Positions 1 to 12,888 of a stretch of 64,000 nt of DNA are shown here, piece by piece (positions within the stretch are counted from its first letter, which is position 1; every line of letters starts with the position of its first letter). The DNA is from Laetmonice hystrix. Its lineage: Eukaryota. The notes under the pieces were generated by a model. That model made no database searches and had not been told where the DNA came from. It saw only the letters and a list, made by a program, of their open reading frames with translations. The stretch covers positions 43,154,001-43,218,000 of the forward strand of contig OZ249436.1 of assembly GCA_965235115.1 (NCBI GenBank). Reading direction: 5' to 3'. The translations under genes were made by a program, and so were the position numbers.

Positions 1-3000
1 AGGTAAGATGTAGGGACTTCTCACTCTACTGGTTGGCCTCCCACACTGCTTGGCCCCACAGTGTACTGTTTGGCCTCACTCTACTCTTTGGCCTCACTGT
101 AGTGTTCGCTTGCGTGCCAGGCCAGCCAGTATACCTTGTAGCGATTCTTCCCTGTACTGTTTGGCCTCCCTGTACCGTTTGCTTGTATACAAGAGTAGCT
201 AGTAGTATAGGGACGCCTCATGTTTCATGTTTCCATGCCTTTATTGTCCAGGAGGCAGGCCATACGTTTCGTTTATCATCTACTCCCATCTAACCTGTGT
301 CCCCTACAGACCATCTGTAAGCGTCCAAGAACGTTGTCAGGTCGTCCCAATGACTGTTTGCCGTAAAGGTTAATTAACAATGGGAAAATTGCGTTGTACG
401 CCTTTTCTATATCAGATATCCCCTCCCCAAGTAACAAACAGACAAAGAAAGATTACACAGAGATGAACATTGCAGGCAGAAAACACCAGGGTGCAGCGGT
501 GCTGACTGCACTGCCGCCTTACGGCCAGCAGTGGAATCACCACGTACGCCTGGCCGGGCTGGCAGGCACCTGTGGCTCTGAGGCGAGAGACAGGTTAAAG
601 CAATGATATGCGAAAAATGGCTACATTTTTGATACGTCAAATTGAAACTACGCCCCCAAAATTATTATTCTTAGGCCAGATGTATGACTGTGAAACGTAT
701 AGGTCTCGTACGTTCGCTACAGATATTTGGTTGTGATGTGTACACTTCCCATTTGAGTATCTTCTCCAGATTTTAACATTAGATGCTCCTCGCCTGTACC
801 TTTCATTTCCATTACCTCGCTGTACTGTTTGCATGGCTACTATAGGCCAGCAGGTAAGATGTAGGGACTTCTCACTCTACTGGTTGGCCTCCCACACTGC
901 TTGGCCCCACAGTGTACTGTTTGGCCTCACTCTACTCTTTGGCCTCACTGTAGTGTTCGCTTGCGTGCCAGGCCAGCCAGTATACCTTGTAGCGATTCTT
1001 CCCTGTACTGTTTGGCCTCCCTGTACCGTTTGCTTGTATACAAGAGTAGCTAGTAGTATAGGGACGCCTCATGTTTCATGTTTCCATGCCTTTATTGTCC
1101 AGGAGGCAGGCCATACGTTTCGTTTATCATCTACTCCCATCTAACCTGTGTCCCCTACAGACCATCTGTAAGCGTCCAAGAACGTTGTCAGGTCGTCCCA
1201 ATGACTGTTTGCCGTAAAGGTTAATTAACAATGGGAAAATTGCGTTGTACGCCTTTTCTATATCAGATATCCCCTCCCCAAGTAACAAAGAGACAAAGAA
1301 AGATTACACAGAGATGAACATTGCAGGCAGAAAACACCAGGGTGCAGCGGTGCTGACTGCACTGCCGCCTTACGGCCAGCAGTGGAATCACCACGTACAC
1401 CTGGCCGTGTACACTTCCCATTTGAGTATCTTCTCCAGATTTTAACATTAGATGCTCCTAGCCTGTACCTTTCATTTCCATTACCTCGCTGTAGTGTTTG
1501 CATGGCTACTATAGCCCAGCAGGTAAGATGTAGGGACTTCTCACTCTACTGGTTGGCCTCCCACACTGCTTGGCCCCACAGTGTACTGTTTGGCCTCACT
1601 GTACTCTTTGGCCTCACTGTAGTGTTCGCTGGCGTGCCAGGCCAGCCAGTATACCTTGTAGCGATTCTTCCCTGTACTGTTTGGCCTCCCTGTACCGTTT
1701 GCTTGTATACAAGAGAAGCTAGTAGTATAGGGACGCCTCATGTTTCATGTTTCCATGCCTTTATTGTCCAGGAGGCAGGCCATACGTTTCGTTTATCATC
1801 TACTCCCATCTAACCTGTGTCCCCTACAGACCATCTGTAAGCGTCCAAGAACGGTGTCAGGTCGTCCCAATGACTGTTTGCCGTAGAGGTTAATTAACTA
1901 TGGGAAAATTGCGTTGTACGCCTTTTCTATATCAGATATCCCCTCCCCAAGTAACAAACAGACAAAGAAAGATTACACAGAGATAAACTTTGCAGGCAGA
2001 AAACACCAGGGTGCAGCGGTGCTGACTGCACTGCCGCCTTACGGCCAGCAGTGGAATCACCACGTACACCTGGCCGGGCTGGCAGGCACCTGTGGCTCTG
2101 AGGCGAGAGACAGGTTAAAGCAATGATATGCGAAAAATGGCTACATTTTTGATACGTCAAATTGAAACTACGCCCCCAAAATTATTATTCTTAGGCCAGA
2201 TGTATGACTGTGAAACGTATAGGTCTCGTACGTTCGCTACAGATATTTGGTTGTGATGTGTACACTTCCCATTTGAGTATCTTCTCCAGATTTTAACATT
2301 AGATGCTCCTCGCCTGTACCTTCCACTTCCATTACCTCGCTGTAGTGTTTGCATGGCTACTATAGGCCAGCAGGTAAGATGTAGGGACTTCTCACTCTAC
2401 TGGTTGACCTCCCACACTGCTTGGCCCCACAGTGTACTGTTTGGCCTCACTGTACTCTTTGGCCTCACTGTAGTGTTCGCTTGCGTGCCAGGCCAGCCAG
2501 TATACCTTGTAGCGATTCTTCCCTGTACTGTTTGGCCTCCCTGTACCGTTTGCTTGTATACAAGAGTAGCTATTAGTATAGGGACGCCTCATGTTTCATG
2601 TTTCCATGCCTTTATTGTCCAGGAGGCAGGCCATACGTTTCGTTTATCATCTACTCCCATCTAACCTGTGTCCCCTACAGACCATCTGTAAGCGTCCAAG
2701 AACGTTGTCAGGTCGTCCCAATGACTGTTTGCCGTAAAGGTTAATTAACAATGGGAAAATTGCGTTGTACGCCTTTTCTATATCAGATATCCCCTCCCCA
2801 AGTAACAAAGAGACAAAGAAAGATTACACAGAGATGAACATTGCAGGCAGAAAACACCAGGGTGCAGCGGTGCTGACTGCACTGCCGCCTTACGGCCAGC
2901 AGTTGAATCACCACGTACACCTGGCCGTGTACACTTCCCATTTGAGTATCTTCTCCAGATTTTAACATTAGATGCTCCTCGCCTGTACCTTTCATTTCCA

Positions 3001-6000
3001 TTACCTCGCTGTAGTGTTTGCATGGCTACTATAGCCCAGCAGGTAAGATGTAGGGACTTCTCACTCTACTGGTTGGCCTCCCACACTGCTTGGCCCCACA
3101 GTGTACTGTTTGGCCTCACTGTACTCTTTGGCCTCACTGTAGTGTTCGCTGGCGTGCCGGGCCAGCCAGTATACCTTGTAGCGATTCTTCCCTGTACTAT
3201 TTGGCCTCCCTGTACCGTTTGCTTGTATACAAGAGAAGCTAGTAGTATAGGGACGCCTCATGTTTCATGTTTCCATGCCTTTATTGTCCAGGAGGCAGGC
3301 CATACGTTTCGTTTATCATCTACTCCCATCTAACCTGTGTCCCCTACAGACCATCTGTAAGCGTCCAAGAACGGTGTCAGGTCGTCCCAATGACTGTTTG
3401 CCGTAAAGGTTAATTAACAATGGGAAAATTGCGTTGTACGCCTTTTCTATATCAGATATCCCCTCCCCAAGTAACAAACAGACAAAGAAAGATTACACAG
3501 AGATAAACATTGCAGGCAGAAAACACCAGGGTGCAGCGGTGCTGACTGCACTGCCGCCTTACGGCCAGCAGTGGAATCACCACGTACACCTGGCCGGGCT
3601 GGCAGGCACCTGTGGCTCTGAGGCGAGAGACAGGTTAAAGCAATGATATGCGAAAAATGGCTACATTTTTGATACGTCAAATTGAAACTACGCCCCCAAA
3701 ATTATTATTCTTAGGCCAGATGTATGACTGTGAAACGTATAGGTCTCGTACGTTCGCTACAGATATTTGGTTGTGATGTGTACACTTCCCATTTGAGTAT
3801 CTTCTCCAGATTTTAACATTAGATGCTCCTCGCCTGTACCTTCCATTTCCATTACCTCGCTGTAGTGTTTGCATGGCTACTATAGGCCAGCAGGTAAGAT
3901 GTAGGGACTTCTCACTCTACTGGTTGGCCTCCCACACTGCTTGGCTCCACAGTGTACTGTTTGGCCTCACTGTACTCTTTGGCCTCACTGTAGTGTTCGC
4001 TTGCGTGCCAGGCCAGCCAGTATACCTTGTAGCGATTCTTCCCTGTACTGTTTGGCCTCCCTGTACCGTTTGCTTGTATACAAGAGTAGCTAGTAGTATA
4101 GGGACGCCTCATGTTTCATGTTTCCATGCCTTTATTGTCCAGGAGGCAGGCCATACGTTTCGTTTATCATCTACTCCCATCTAACCTGTGTCCCCCACAG
4201 ACCATCTGTAAGCGTCCAAGAACGTTGTCAGGTCGTCCCAATGACTGTTTGCCGTAAAGGTTAATTAACAATGGGAAAATTGCGTTGTACGCCTTTTCTA
4301 TATCAGATATCCCCTCCCCAAGTAACAAACAGACAAAGAAAGATTACACAGAGATGAACATTGCAGGCAGAAAACACCAGTGTGCAGCGGTGCTGACTGC
4401 ACTGCCGCCTTACGGCCAGCGGTGGAATCACCACGTACACCTGGCGGGGCTGGCAGGCACCTGTGGCTCTGAGGCGAGAGACAGGTTAAAGCAATGATAT
4501 GCGAAAAATGGCTACATTTTTGATACGTCAAATTGAAACTACGCCCCCAAAATTATTATTCTTAGGCCAGATGTATGACTGTGAAACGTATAGGTCTCGT
4601 ACGTTCGCTACAGATATTTGGTTGTGATGTGTACACTTCCCATTTGAGTATCTTCTCCAGATTTTAACATTAGATGCTCCTCGCCTGTACCTTCCATTTC
4701 CATTACCTCGCTGTAGTGTTTGCATGGCTACTATAGGCCAGCAGGTAAGATGTAGGGACTTCTCACTCTACTGGTTGGCCTCCCACACTGCTTGGCCCCA
4801 CAGTGTACTGTTTGGCCTCACTGTACTCTTTGGCCTCACTGTAGTGTTCGCTTGCGTGCCAGGCCAGCCAGTATACCTTGTAGCGATTCTTCCCTGTACT
4901 GTTTGGCCTCCCTGTACCGTTTGCTTGTATACAAGAGTAGCTAGTAGTATAGGGACGCCTCATGTTTCATGTTTCCATGCCTTTATTGTCCAGGAGGCAG
5001 GCCATACGTTTCGTTTATCATCTACTCCCATCTAACCTGTGTCCCCTACAGACCATCTGTAAGCGTCCAAGAACGTTGTCAGGTCGTCCCAATGACTGTT
5101 TGCCGTAAAGGTTAATTAACAATGGGAAAATTGCGTTGTACGCCTTTTCTATATCAGATATCCCCTCCCCAAGTAACAAACAGACAAAGAAAGATTACAC
5201 AGAGATGAACATTGCAGGCAGAAAACACCAGTGTGCAGCGGTGCTGACTGCACTGCCGCCTTACGGCCAGCGGTGGAATCACCACGTACACCTGGCCGGG
5301 CTGGCAGGCACCTGTGGCTCTGAGGCGAGAGACAGGTTAAAGCAATGATATGCGAAAAATGGCTACATTTTTGATACGTGAAATTGAAACTACGCCCCCA
5401 AAATTATTATTCTTAGGCCAGATGTATGACTGTGAAACGTATAGGTCTCGTACGTTCGCTACAGATATTTGGTTGTGATGTGTACACTTCCCATTTGAGT
5501 ATCTTCTCCAGATTTTAACATTAGATGCTCCTCGCCTGTACCTTCCATTTCCATTACCTCGCTGTAGTGTTTGCATGGCTACTATAGGCCAGCAGGTAAG
5601 ATGTAGGGACTTCTCACTCTACTGGTTGGCCTCCCACCCTGCTTGGCCCCACAGTGTACTGTTTGGCCTCACTGTACTCTTTGGCCTCACTGTAGTGTTC
5701 GCTTGCGTGCCAGGCCAGCCAGTATACCTTGTAGCGATTCTTCCCTGTACTGTTTGGCCTCCCTGTACCGTTTGCTTGTATACAAGAGTAGCTAGTAGTA
5801 TAGGGACGCCTCATGTTTCATGTTTCCATGCCTTTATTGTCCAGGAGGCAGGCCATACGTTTCGTTTATCATCTACTCCCATCTAACCTGTGTCCCCTAC
5901 AGACCATCTGTAAGCGTCCAAGAACGTTGTCAGGTCGTCCCAATGACTGTTTGCCGTAAAGGTTAATTAACAATGGGAAAATTGCGTTGTACGCCTTTTC

Positions 6001-9000
6001 TATATCAGATATCCCCTCCCCAAGTAACAAACAGACAAAGAAAGATTACACAGAGATGAACATTGCAGGCAGAAAACACCAGGGTGCAGCGGTGCTGACT
6101 GCACTGCCGCCTTACGGCCAGCAGTGGAATCACCACGTACGCCTGGCCGGGCTGGCAGGCACCTGTGGCTCTGAGGCGAGAGACAGGTTAAAGCAATGAT
6201 ATGCGAAAAATGGCTACATTTTTGATACGTCAAATTGAAACTACGCCCCCAAAATTATTATTCTTAGGCCAGATGTATGACTGTGAAACGTATAGGTCTC
6301 GTACGTTCGCTACAGATATTTGGTTGTGATGTGTACACTTCCCATTTGAGTATCTTCTCCAGATTTTAACATTAGATGCTCCTCGCCTGTACCTTTCATT
6401 TCCATTACCTCGCTGTACTGTTTGCATGGCTACTATAGGCCAGCAGGTAAGATGTAGGGACTTCTCACTCTACTGGTTGGCCTCCCACACTGCTTGGCCC
6501 CACAGTGTACTGTTTGGCCTCACTCTACTCTTTGGCCTCACTGTAGTGTTCGCTTGCGTGCCAGGCCAGCCAGTATACCTTGTAGCGATTCTTCCCTGTA
6601 CTGTTTGGCCTCCCTGTACCGTTTGCTTGTATACAAGAGTAGCTAGTAGTATAGGGACGCCTCATGTTTCATGTTTCCATGCCTTTATTGTCCAGGAGGC
6701 AGGCCATACGTTTCGTTTATCATCTACTCCCATCTAACCTGTGTCCCCTACAGACCATCTGTAAGCGTCCAAGAACGTTGTCAGGTCGTCCCAATGACTG
6801 TTTGCCGTAAAGGTTAATTAACAATGGGAAAATTGCGTTGTACGCCTTTTCTATATCAGATATCCCCTCCCCAAGTAACAAACAGACAAAGAAAGATTAC
6901 ACAGAGATGAACATTGCAGGCAGAAAACACCAGGGTGCAGCGGTGCTGACTGCACTGCCGCCTTACGGCCAGCAGTGGAATCACCACGTACGCCTGGCCG
7001 GGCTGGCAGGCACCTGTGGCTCTGAGGCGAGAGACAGGTTAAAGCAATGATATGCGAAAAATGGCTACATTTTTGATACGTCAAATTGAAACTACGCCCC
7101 CAAAATTATTATTCTTAGGCCAGATGTATGACTGTGAAACGTATAGGTCTCGTACGTTCGCTACAGATATTTGGTTGTGATGTGTACACTTCCCATTTGA
7201 GTATCTTCTCCAGATTTTAACATTAGATGCTCCTCGCCTGTACCTTTCATTTCCATTACCTCGCTGTACTGTTTGCATGGCTACTATAGGCCAGCAGGTA
7301 AGATGTAGGGACTTCTCACTCTACTGGTTGGCCTCCCACACTGCTTGGCCCCACAGTGTACTGTTTGGCCTCACTCTACTCTTTGGCCTCACTGTAGTGT
7401 TCGCTTGCGTGCCAGGCCAGCCAGTATACCTTGTAGCGATTCTTCCCTGTACTGTTTGGCCTCCCTGTACCGTTTGCTTGTATACAAGAGTAGCTAGTAG
7501 TATAGGGACGCCTCATGTTTCATGTTTCCATGCCTTTATTGTCCAGGAGGCAGGCCATACGTTTCGTTTATCATCTACTCCCATCTAACCTGTGTCCCCT
7601 ACAGACCATCTGTAAGCGTCCAAGAACGTTGTCAGGTCGTCCCAATGACTGTTTGCCGTAAAGGTTAATTAACAATGGGAAAATTGCGTTGTACGCCTTT
7701 TCTATATCAGATATCCCCTCCCCAAGTAACAAAGAGACAAAGAAAGATTACACAGAGATGAACATTGCAGGCAGAAAACACCAGGGTGCAGCGGTGCTGA
7801 CTGCACTGCCGCCTTACGGCCAGCAGTGGAATCACCACGTACACCTGGCCGTGTACACTTCCCATTTGAGTATCTTCTCCAGATTTTAACATTAGATGCT
7901 CCTAGCCTGTACCTTTCATTTCCATTACCTCGCTGTAGTGTTTGCATGGCTACTATAGCCCAGCAGGTAAGATGTAGGGACTTCTCACTCTACTGGTTGG
8001 CCTCCCACACTGCTTGGCCCCACAGTGTACTGTTTGGCCTCACTGTACTCTTTGGCCTCACTGTAGTGTTCGCTGGCGTGCCAGGCCAGCCAGTATACCT
8101 TGTAGCGATTCTTCCCTGTACTGTTTGGCCTCCCTGTACCGTTTGCTTGTATACAAGAGAAGCTAGTAGTATAGGGACGCCTCATGTTTCATGTTTCCAT
8201 GCCTTTATTGTCCAGGAGGCAGGCCATACGTTTCGTTTATCATCTACTCCCATCTAACCTGTGTCCCCTACAGACCATCTGTAAGCGTCCAAGAACGGTG
8301 TCAGGTCGTCCCAATGACTGTTTGCCGTAGAGGTTAATTAACTATGGGAAAATTGCGTTGTACGCCTTTTCTATATCAGATATCCCCTCCCCAAGTAACA
8401 AACAGACAAAGAAAGATTACACAGAGATAAACTTTGCAGGCAGAAAACACCAGGGTGCAGCGGTGCTGACTGCACTGCCGCCTTACGGCCAGCAGTGGAA
8501 TCACCACGTACACCTGGCCGGGCTGGCAGGCACCTGTGGCTCTGAGGCGAGAGACAGGTTAAAGCAATGATATGCGAAAAATGGCTACATTTTTGATACG
8601 TCAAATTGAAACTACGCCCCCAAAATTATTATTCTTAGGCCAGATGTATGACTGTGAAACGTATAGGTCTCGTACGTTCGCTACAGATATTTGGTTGTGA
8701 TGTGTACACTTCCCATTTGAGTATCTTCTCCAGATTTTAACATTAGATGCTCCTCGCCTGTACCTTCCATTTCCATTACCTCGCTGTAGTGTTTGCATGG
8801 CTACTATAGGCCAGCAGGTAAGATGTAGGGACTTCTCACTCTACTGGTTGACCTCCCACACTGCTTGGCCCCACAGTGTACTGTTTGGCCTCACTGTACT
8901 CTTTGGCCTCACTGTAGTGTTCGCTTGCGTGCCAGGCCAGCCAGTATACCTTGTAGCGATTCTTCCCTGTACTGTTTGGCCTCCCTGTACCGTTTGCTTG

Positions 9001-12000
9001 TATACAAGAGTAGCTAGTAGTATAGGGACGCCTCATGTTTCATGTTTCCATGCCTTTATTGTCCAGGAGGCAGGCCATACGTTTCGTTTATCATCTACTC
9101 CCATCTAACCTGTGTCCCCTACAGACCATCTGTAAGCGTCCAAGAACGTTGTCAGGTCGTCCCAATGACTGTTTGCCGTAAAGGTTAATTAACAATGGGA
9201 AAATTGCGTTGTACGCCTTTTCTATATCAGATATCCCCTCCCCAAGTAACAAAGAGACAAAGAAAGATTACACAGAGATGAACATTGCAGGCAGAAAACA
9301 CCAGGGTGCAGCGGTGCTGACTGCACTGCCGCCTTACGGCCAGCAGTTGAATCACCACGTACACCTGGCCGTGTACACTTCCCATTTGAGTATCTTCTCC
9401 AGATTTTAACATTAGATGCTCCTCGCCTGTACCTTTCATTTCCATTACCTCGCTGTAGTGTTTGCATGGCTACTATAGCCCAGCAGGTAAGATGTAGGGA
9501 CTTGTCACTCTACTGGTTGGCCTCCCACACTGCTTGGCCCCACAGTGTACTGTTTGGCCTCACTGTACTCTTTGGCCTCACTGTAGTGTTCGCTGGCGTG
9601 CCGGGCCAGCCAGTATACCTTGTAGCGATTCTTCCCTGTACTGTTTGGCCTCCCTGTACCGTTTGCTTGTATACAAGAGAAGCTAGTAGTATAGGGACGC
9701 CTCATGTTTCATGTTTCCATGCCTTTATTGTCCAGGAGGCAGGCCATACGTTTCGTTTATCATCTACTCCCATCTAACCTGTGTCCCCTACAGACCATCT
9801 GTAAGCGTCCAAGAACGGTGTCAGGTCGTCCCAATGACTGTTTGCCGTAAAGGTTAATTAACAATGGGAAAATTGCGTTGTACGCCTTTTCTATATCAGA
9901 TATCCCCTCCCCAAGTAACAAACAGACAAAGAAAGATTACACAGAGATAAACATTGCAGGCAGAAAACACCAGGGTGCAGCGGTGCTGACTGCACTGCCG
10001 CCTTACGGCCAGCAGTGGAATCACCACGTACACCTGGCCGGGCTGGCAGGCACCTGTGGCTCTGAGGCGAGAGACAGGTTAAAGCAATTATATGCGAAAA
10101 ATGGCTACATTTTTGATACGTCAAATTGAAACTACGCCCCCAAAATTATTATTCTTAGGCCAGATGTATGACTGTGAAACGTATAGGTCTCGTACGTTCG
10201 CTACAGATATTTGGTTGTGATGTGTACACTTCCCATTTGAGTATCTTCTCCAGATTTTAACATTAGATGCTCCTCGCCTGTACCTTCCATTTCCATTACC
10301 TCGCTGTAGTGTTTGCATGGCTACTATAGGCCAGCAGGTAAGATGTAGGGACTTCTCACTCTACTGGTTGGCCTCCCACACTGCTTGGCTCCACAGTGTA
10401 CTGTTTGGCCTCACTGTACTCTTTGGCCTCACTGTAGTGTTCGCTTGCGTGCCAGGCCAGCCAGTATACCTTGTAGCGATTCTTCCCTGTACTGTTTGGC
10501 CTCCCTGTACCGTTTGCTTGTATACAAGAGTAGCTAGTAGTATAGGGACGCCTCATGTTTCATGTTTCCATGCCTTTATTGTCCAGGAGGCAGGCCATAC
10601 GTTTCGTTTATCATCTACTCCCATCTAACCTGTGTCCCCCACAGACCATCTGTAAGCGTCCAAGAACGTTGTCAGGTCGTCCCAATGACTGTTTGCCGTA
10701 AAGGTTAATTAACAATGGGAAAATTGCGTTGTACGCCTTTTCTATATCAGATATCCCCTCCCCAAGTAACAAACAGACAAAGAAAGATTACACAGAGATG
10801 AACATTGCAGGCAGAAAACACCAGTGTGCAGCGGTGCTGACTGCACTGCCGCCTTACGGCCAGCGGTGGAATCACCACGTACACCTGGCCGGGCTGGCAG
10901 GCACCTGTGGCTCTGAGGCGAGAGACAGGTTAAAGCAATGATATGCGAAAAATGGCTACATTTTTGATACGTGAAATTGAAACTACGCCCCCAAAATTAT
11001 TATTCTTAGGCCAGATGTATGACTGTGAAACGTATAGGTCTCGTACGTTCGCTACAGATATTTGGTTGTGATGTGTACACTTCCCATTTGAGTATCTTCT
11101 CCAGATTTTAACATTAGATGCTCCTCGCCTGTACCTTCCATTTCCATTACCTCGCTGTAGTGTTTGCATGGCTACTATAGGCCAGCAGGTAAGATGTAGG
11201 GACTTCTCACTCTACTGGTTGGCCTCCCACACTGCTTGGCCCCACAGTGTACTGTTTGGCCTCACTGTACTCTTTGGCCTCACTGTAGTGTTCGCTTGCG
11301 TGCCAGGCCAGCCAGTATACCTTGTAGCGATTCTTCCCTGTACTGTTTGGCCTCCCTGTACCGTTTGCTTGTATACAAGAGTAGCTAGTAGTATAGGGAC
11401 GCCTCATGTTTCATGTTTCCATGCCTTTATTGTCCAGGAGGCAGGCCATACGTTTCGTTTATCATCTACTCCCATCTAACCTGTGTCCCCTACAGACCAT
11501 CTGTAAGCGTCCAAGAACGTTGTCAGGTCGTCCCAATGACTGTTTGCCGTAAAGGTTAATTAACAATGGGAAAATTGCGTTGTACGCCTTTTCTATATCA
11601 GATATCCCCTCCCCAAGTAACAAACAGACAAAGAAAGATTACACAGAGATGAACATTGCAGGCAGAAAACACCAGTGTGCAGCGGTGCTGACTGCACTGC
11701 CGCCTTACGGCCAGCGGTGGAATCACCACGTACACCTGGCCGGGCTGGCAGGCACCTGTGGCTCTGAGGCGAGAGACAGGTTAAAGCAATGATATGCGAA
11801 AAATGGCTACATTTTTGATACGTGAAATTGAAACTACGCCCCACAAATTATTATTCTTAGGCCAGATGTATGACTGTGAAACGTATAGGTCTCGTACGTT
11901 CGCTACAGATATTTGGTTGTGATGTGTACACTTCCCATTTGAGTATCTTCTCCAGATTTTAACATTAGATGCTCCTCGCCTGTACCTTCCATTTCCATTA

Positions 12001-12888
12001 CCTCGCTGTAGTGTTTGCATGGCTACTATAGGCCAGCAGGTAAGATGTAGGGACTTCTCACTCTACTGGTTGGCCTCCCACCCTGCTTGGCCCCACAGTG
12101 TACTGTTTGGCCTCACTGTACTCTTTGGCCTCACTGTAGTGTTCGCTTGCGTGCCAGGCCAGCCAGTATACCTTGTAGCGATTCTTCCCTGTACTGTTTG
12201 GCCTCCCTGTACCGTTTGCTTGTATACAAGAGTAGCTAGTAGTATAGGGACGCCTCATGTTTCATGTTTCCATGCCTTTATTGTCCAGGAGGCAGGCCAT
12301 ACGTTTCGTTTATCATCTACTCCCATCTAACCTGTGTCCCCTACAGACCATCTGTAAGCGTCCAAGAACGTTGTCAGGTCGTCCCAATGACTGTTTGCCG
12401 TAAAGGTTAATTAACAATGGGAAAATTGCGTTGTACGCCTTTTCTATATCAGATATCCCCTCCCCAAGTAACAAACAGACAAAGAAAGATTACACAGAGA
12501 TGAACATTGCAGGCAGAAAACACCAGGGTGCAGCGGTGCTGACTGCACTGCCGCCTTACGGCCAGCAGTGGAATCACCACGTACGCCTGGCCGGGCTTGC
12601 AGGCACCTGTGGCTCTGAGGCGAGAGACAGGTTAAAGCAATGATATGCGAAAAATGGCTACATTTTTGATACGTCAAATTGAAACTACGCCCCCAAAATT
12701 ATTATTCTTAGGCCAGATGTATGACTGTGAAACGTATAGGTCTCGTACGTTCGCTACAGATATTTGGTTGTGATGTGTACACTTCCCATTTGAGTATCTT
12801 CTCCAGATTTTAACATTAGATGCTCCTCGCCTGTACCTTTCATTTCCATTACCTCGCTGTAGTGTTTGCATGGCTACTATAGGCCAGC
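1..12888. repeat. Higher-order repeat A: 6444-bp 8-mer (L-S-L-S-L-L-L-L), about 2 copies
   Basis: Private variants recur at +6444: GCTCCTAGCC (~1459/7903), ATAAACTTTG (~1989/8433), TGGTTGACC (~2407/8851), AGTTGAAT (~2904/9348), CCCACCCTG (~5638/12082). The last monomer of copy 2 already carries HOR-B variants. Confidence 0.92.
23..113. repeat. Degenerate 18-bp internal subrepeat (ACTGTACTGTTTGGCCTC) present in every monomer; first instance shown
   Basis: Copies at 23-40, 41-57, 60-77, 78-95 and 96-113, with further relatives at ~151-185 and ~819-836. Confidence 0.9.

Noticed and set aside
516..640. 5S rRNA, snRNA or spliced-leader RNA gene array
   Set aside because: GCCTTACGGCCA resembles only the first bases of 5S. 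The Sm-like ATTTTTG (~625) is mutated in many units, deleted in all short units, and not suitably placed after the strong GTAAG donor.
1..851. Hammerhead or HDV-like ribozyme (retrozyme) in the monomer
   Set aside because: I found no CTGANGA core on either strand. GCTCCTCGC (~785) resembles the HDV L3 loop, but I could not build the P1/P2/P4 helices.
833..1144. 103-aa ORF (MATIGQQ...) and the other 60-143-aa ORFs repeated in every monomer, read as a tandem gene family
   Set aside because: No recognisable domain, and ORFs overlap on both strands. The hydrophobic stretch is just the translated 18-bp subrepeat, and many variants are non-synonymous. Intactness is expected at such low divergence.
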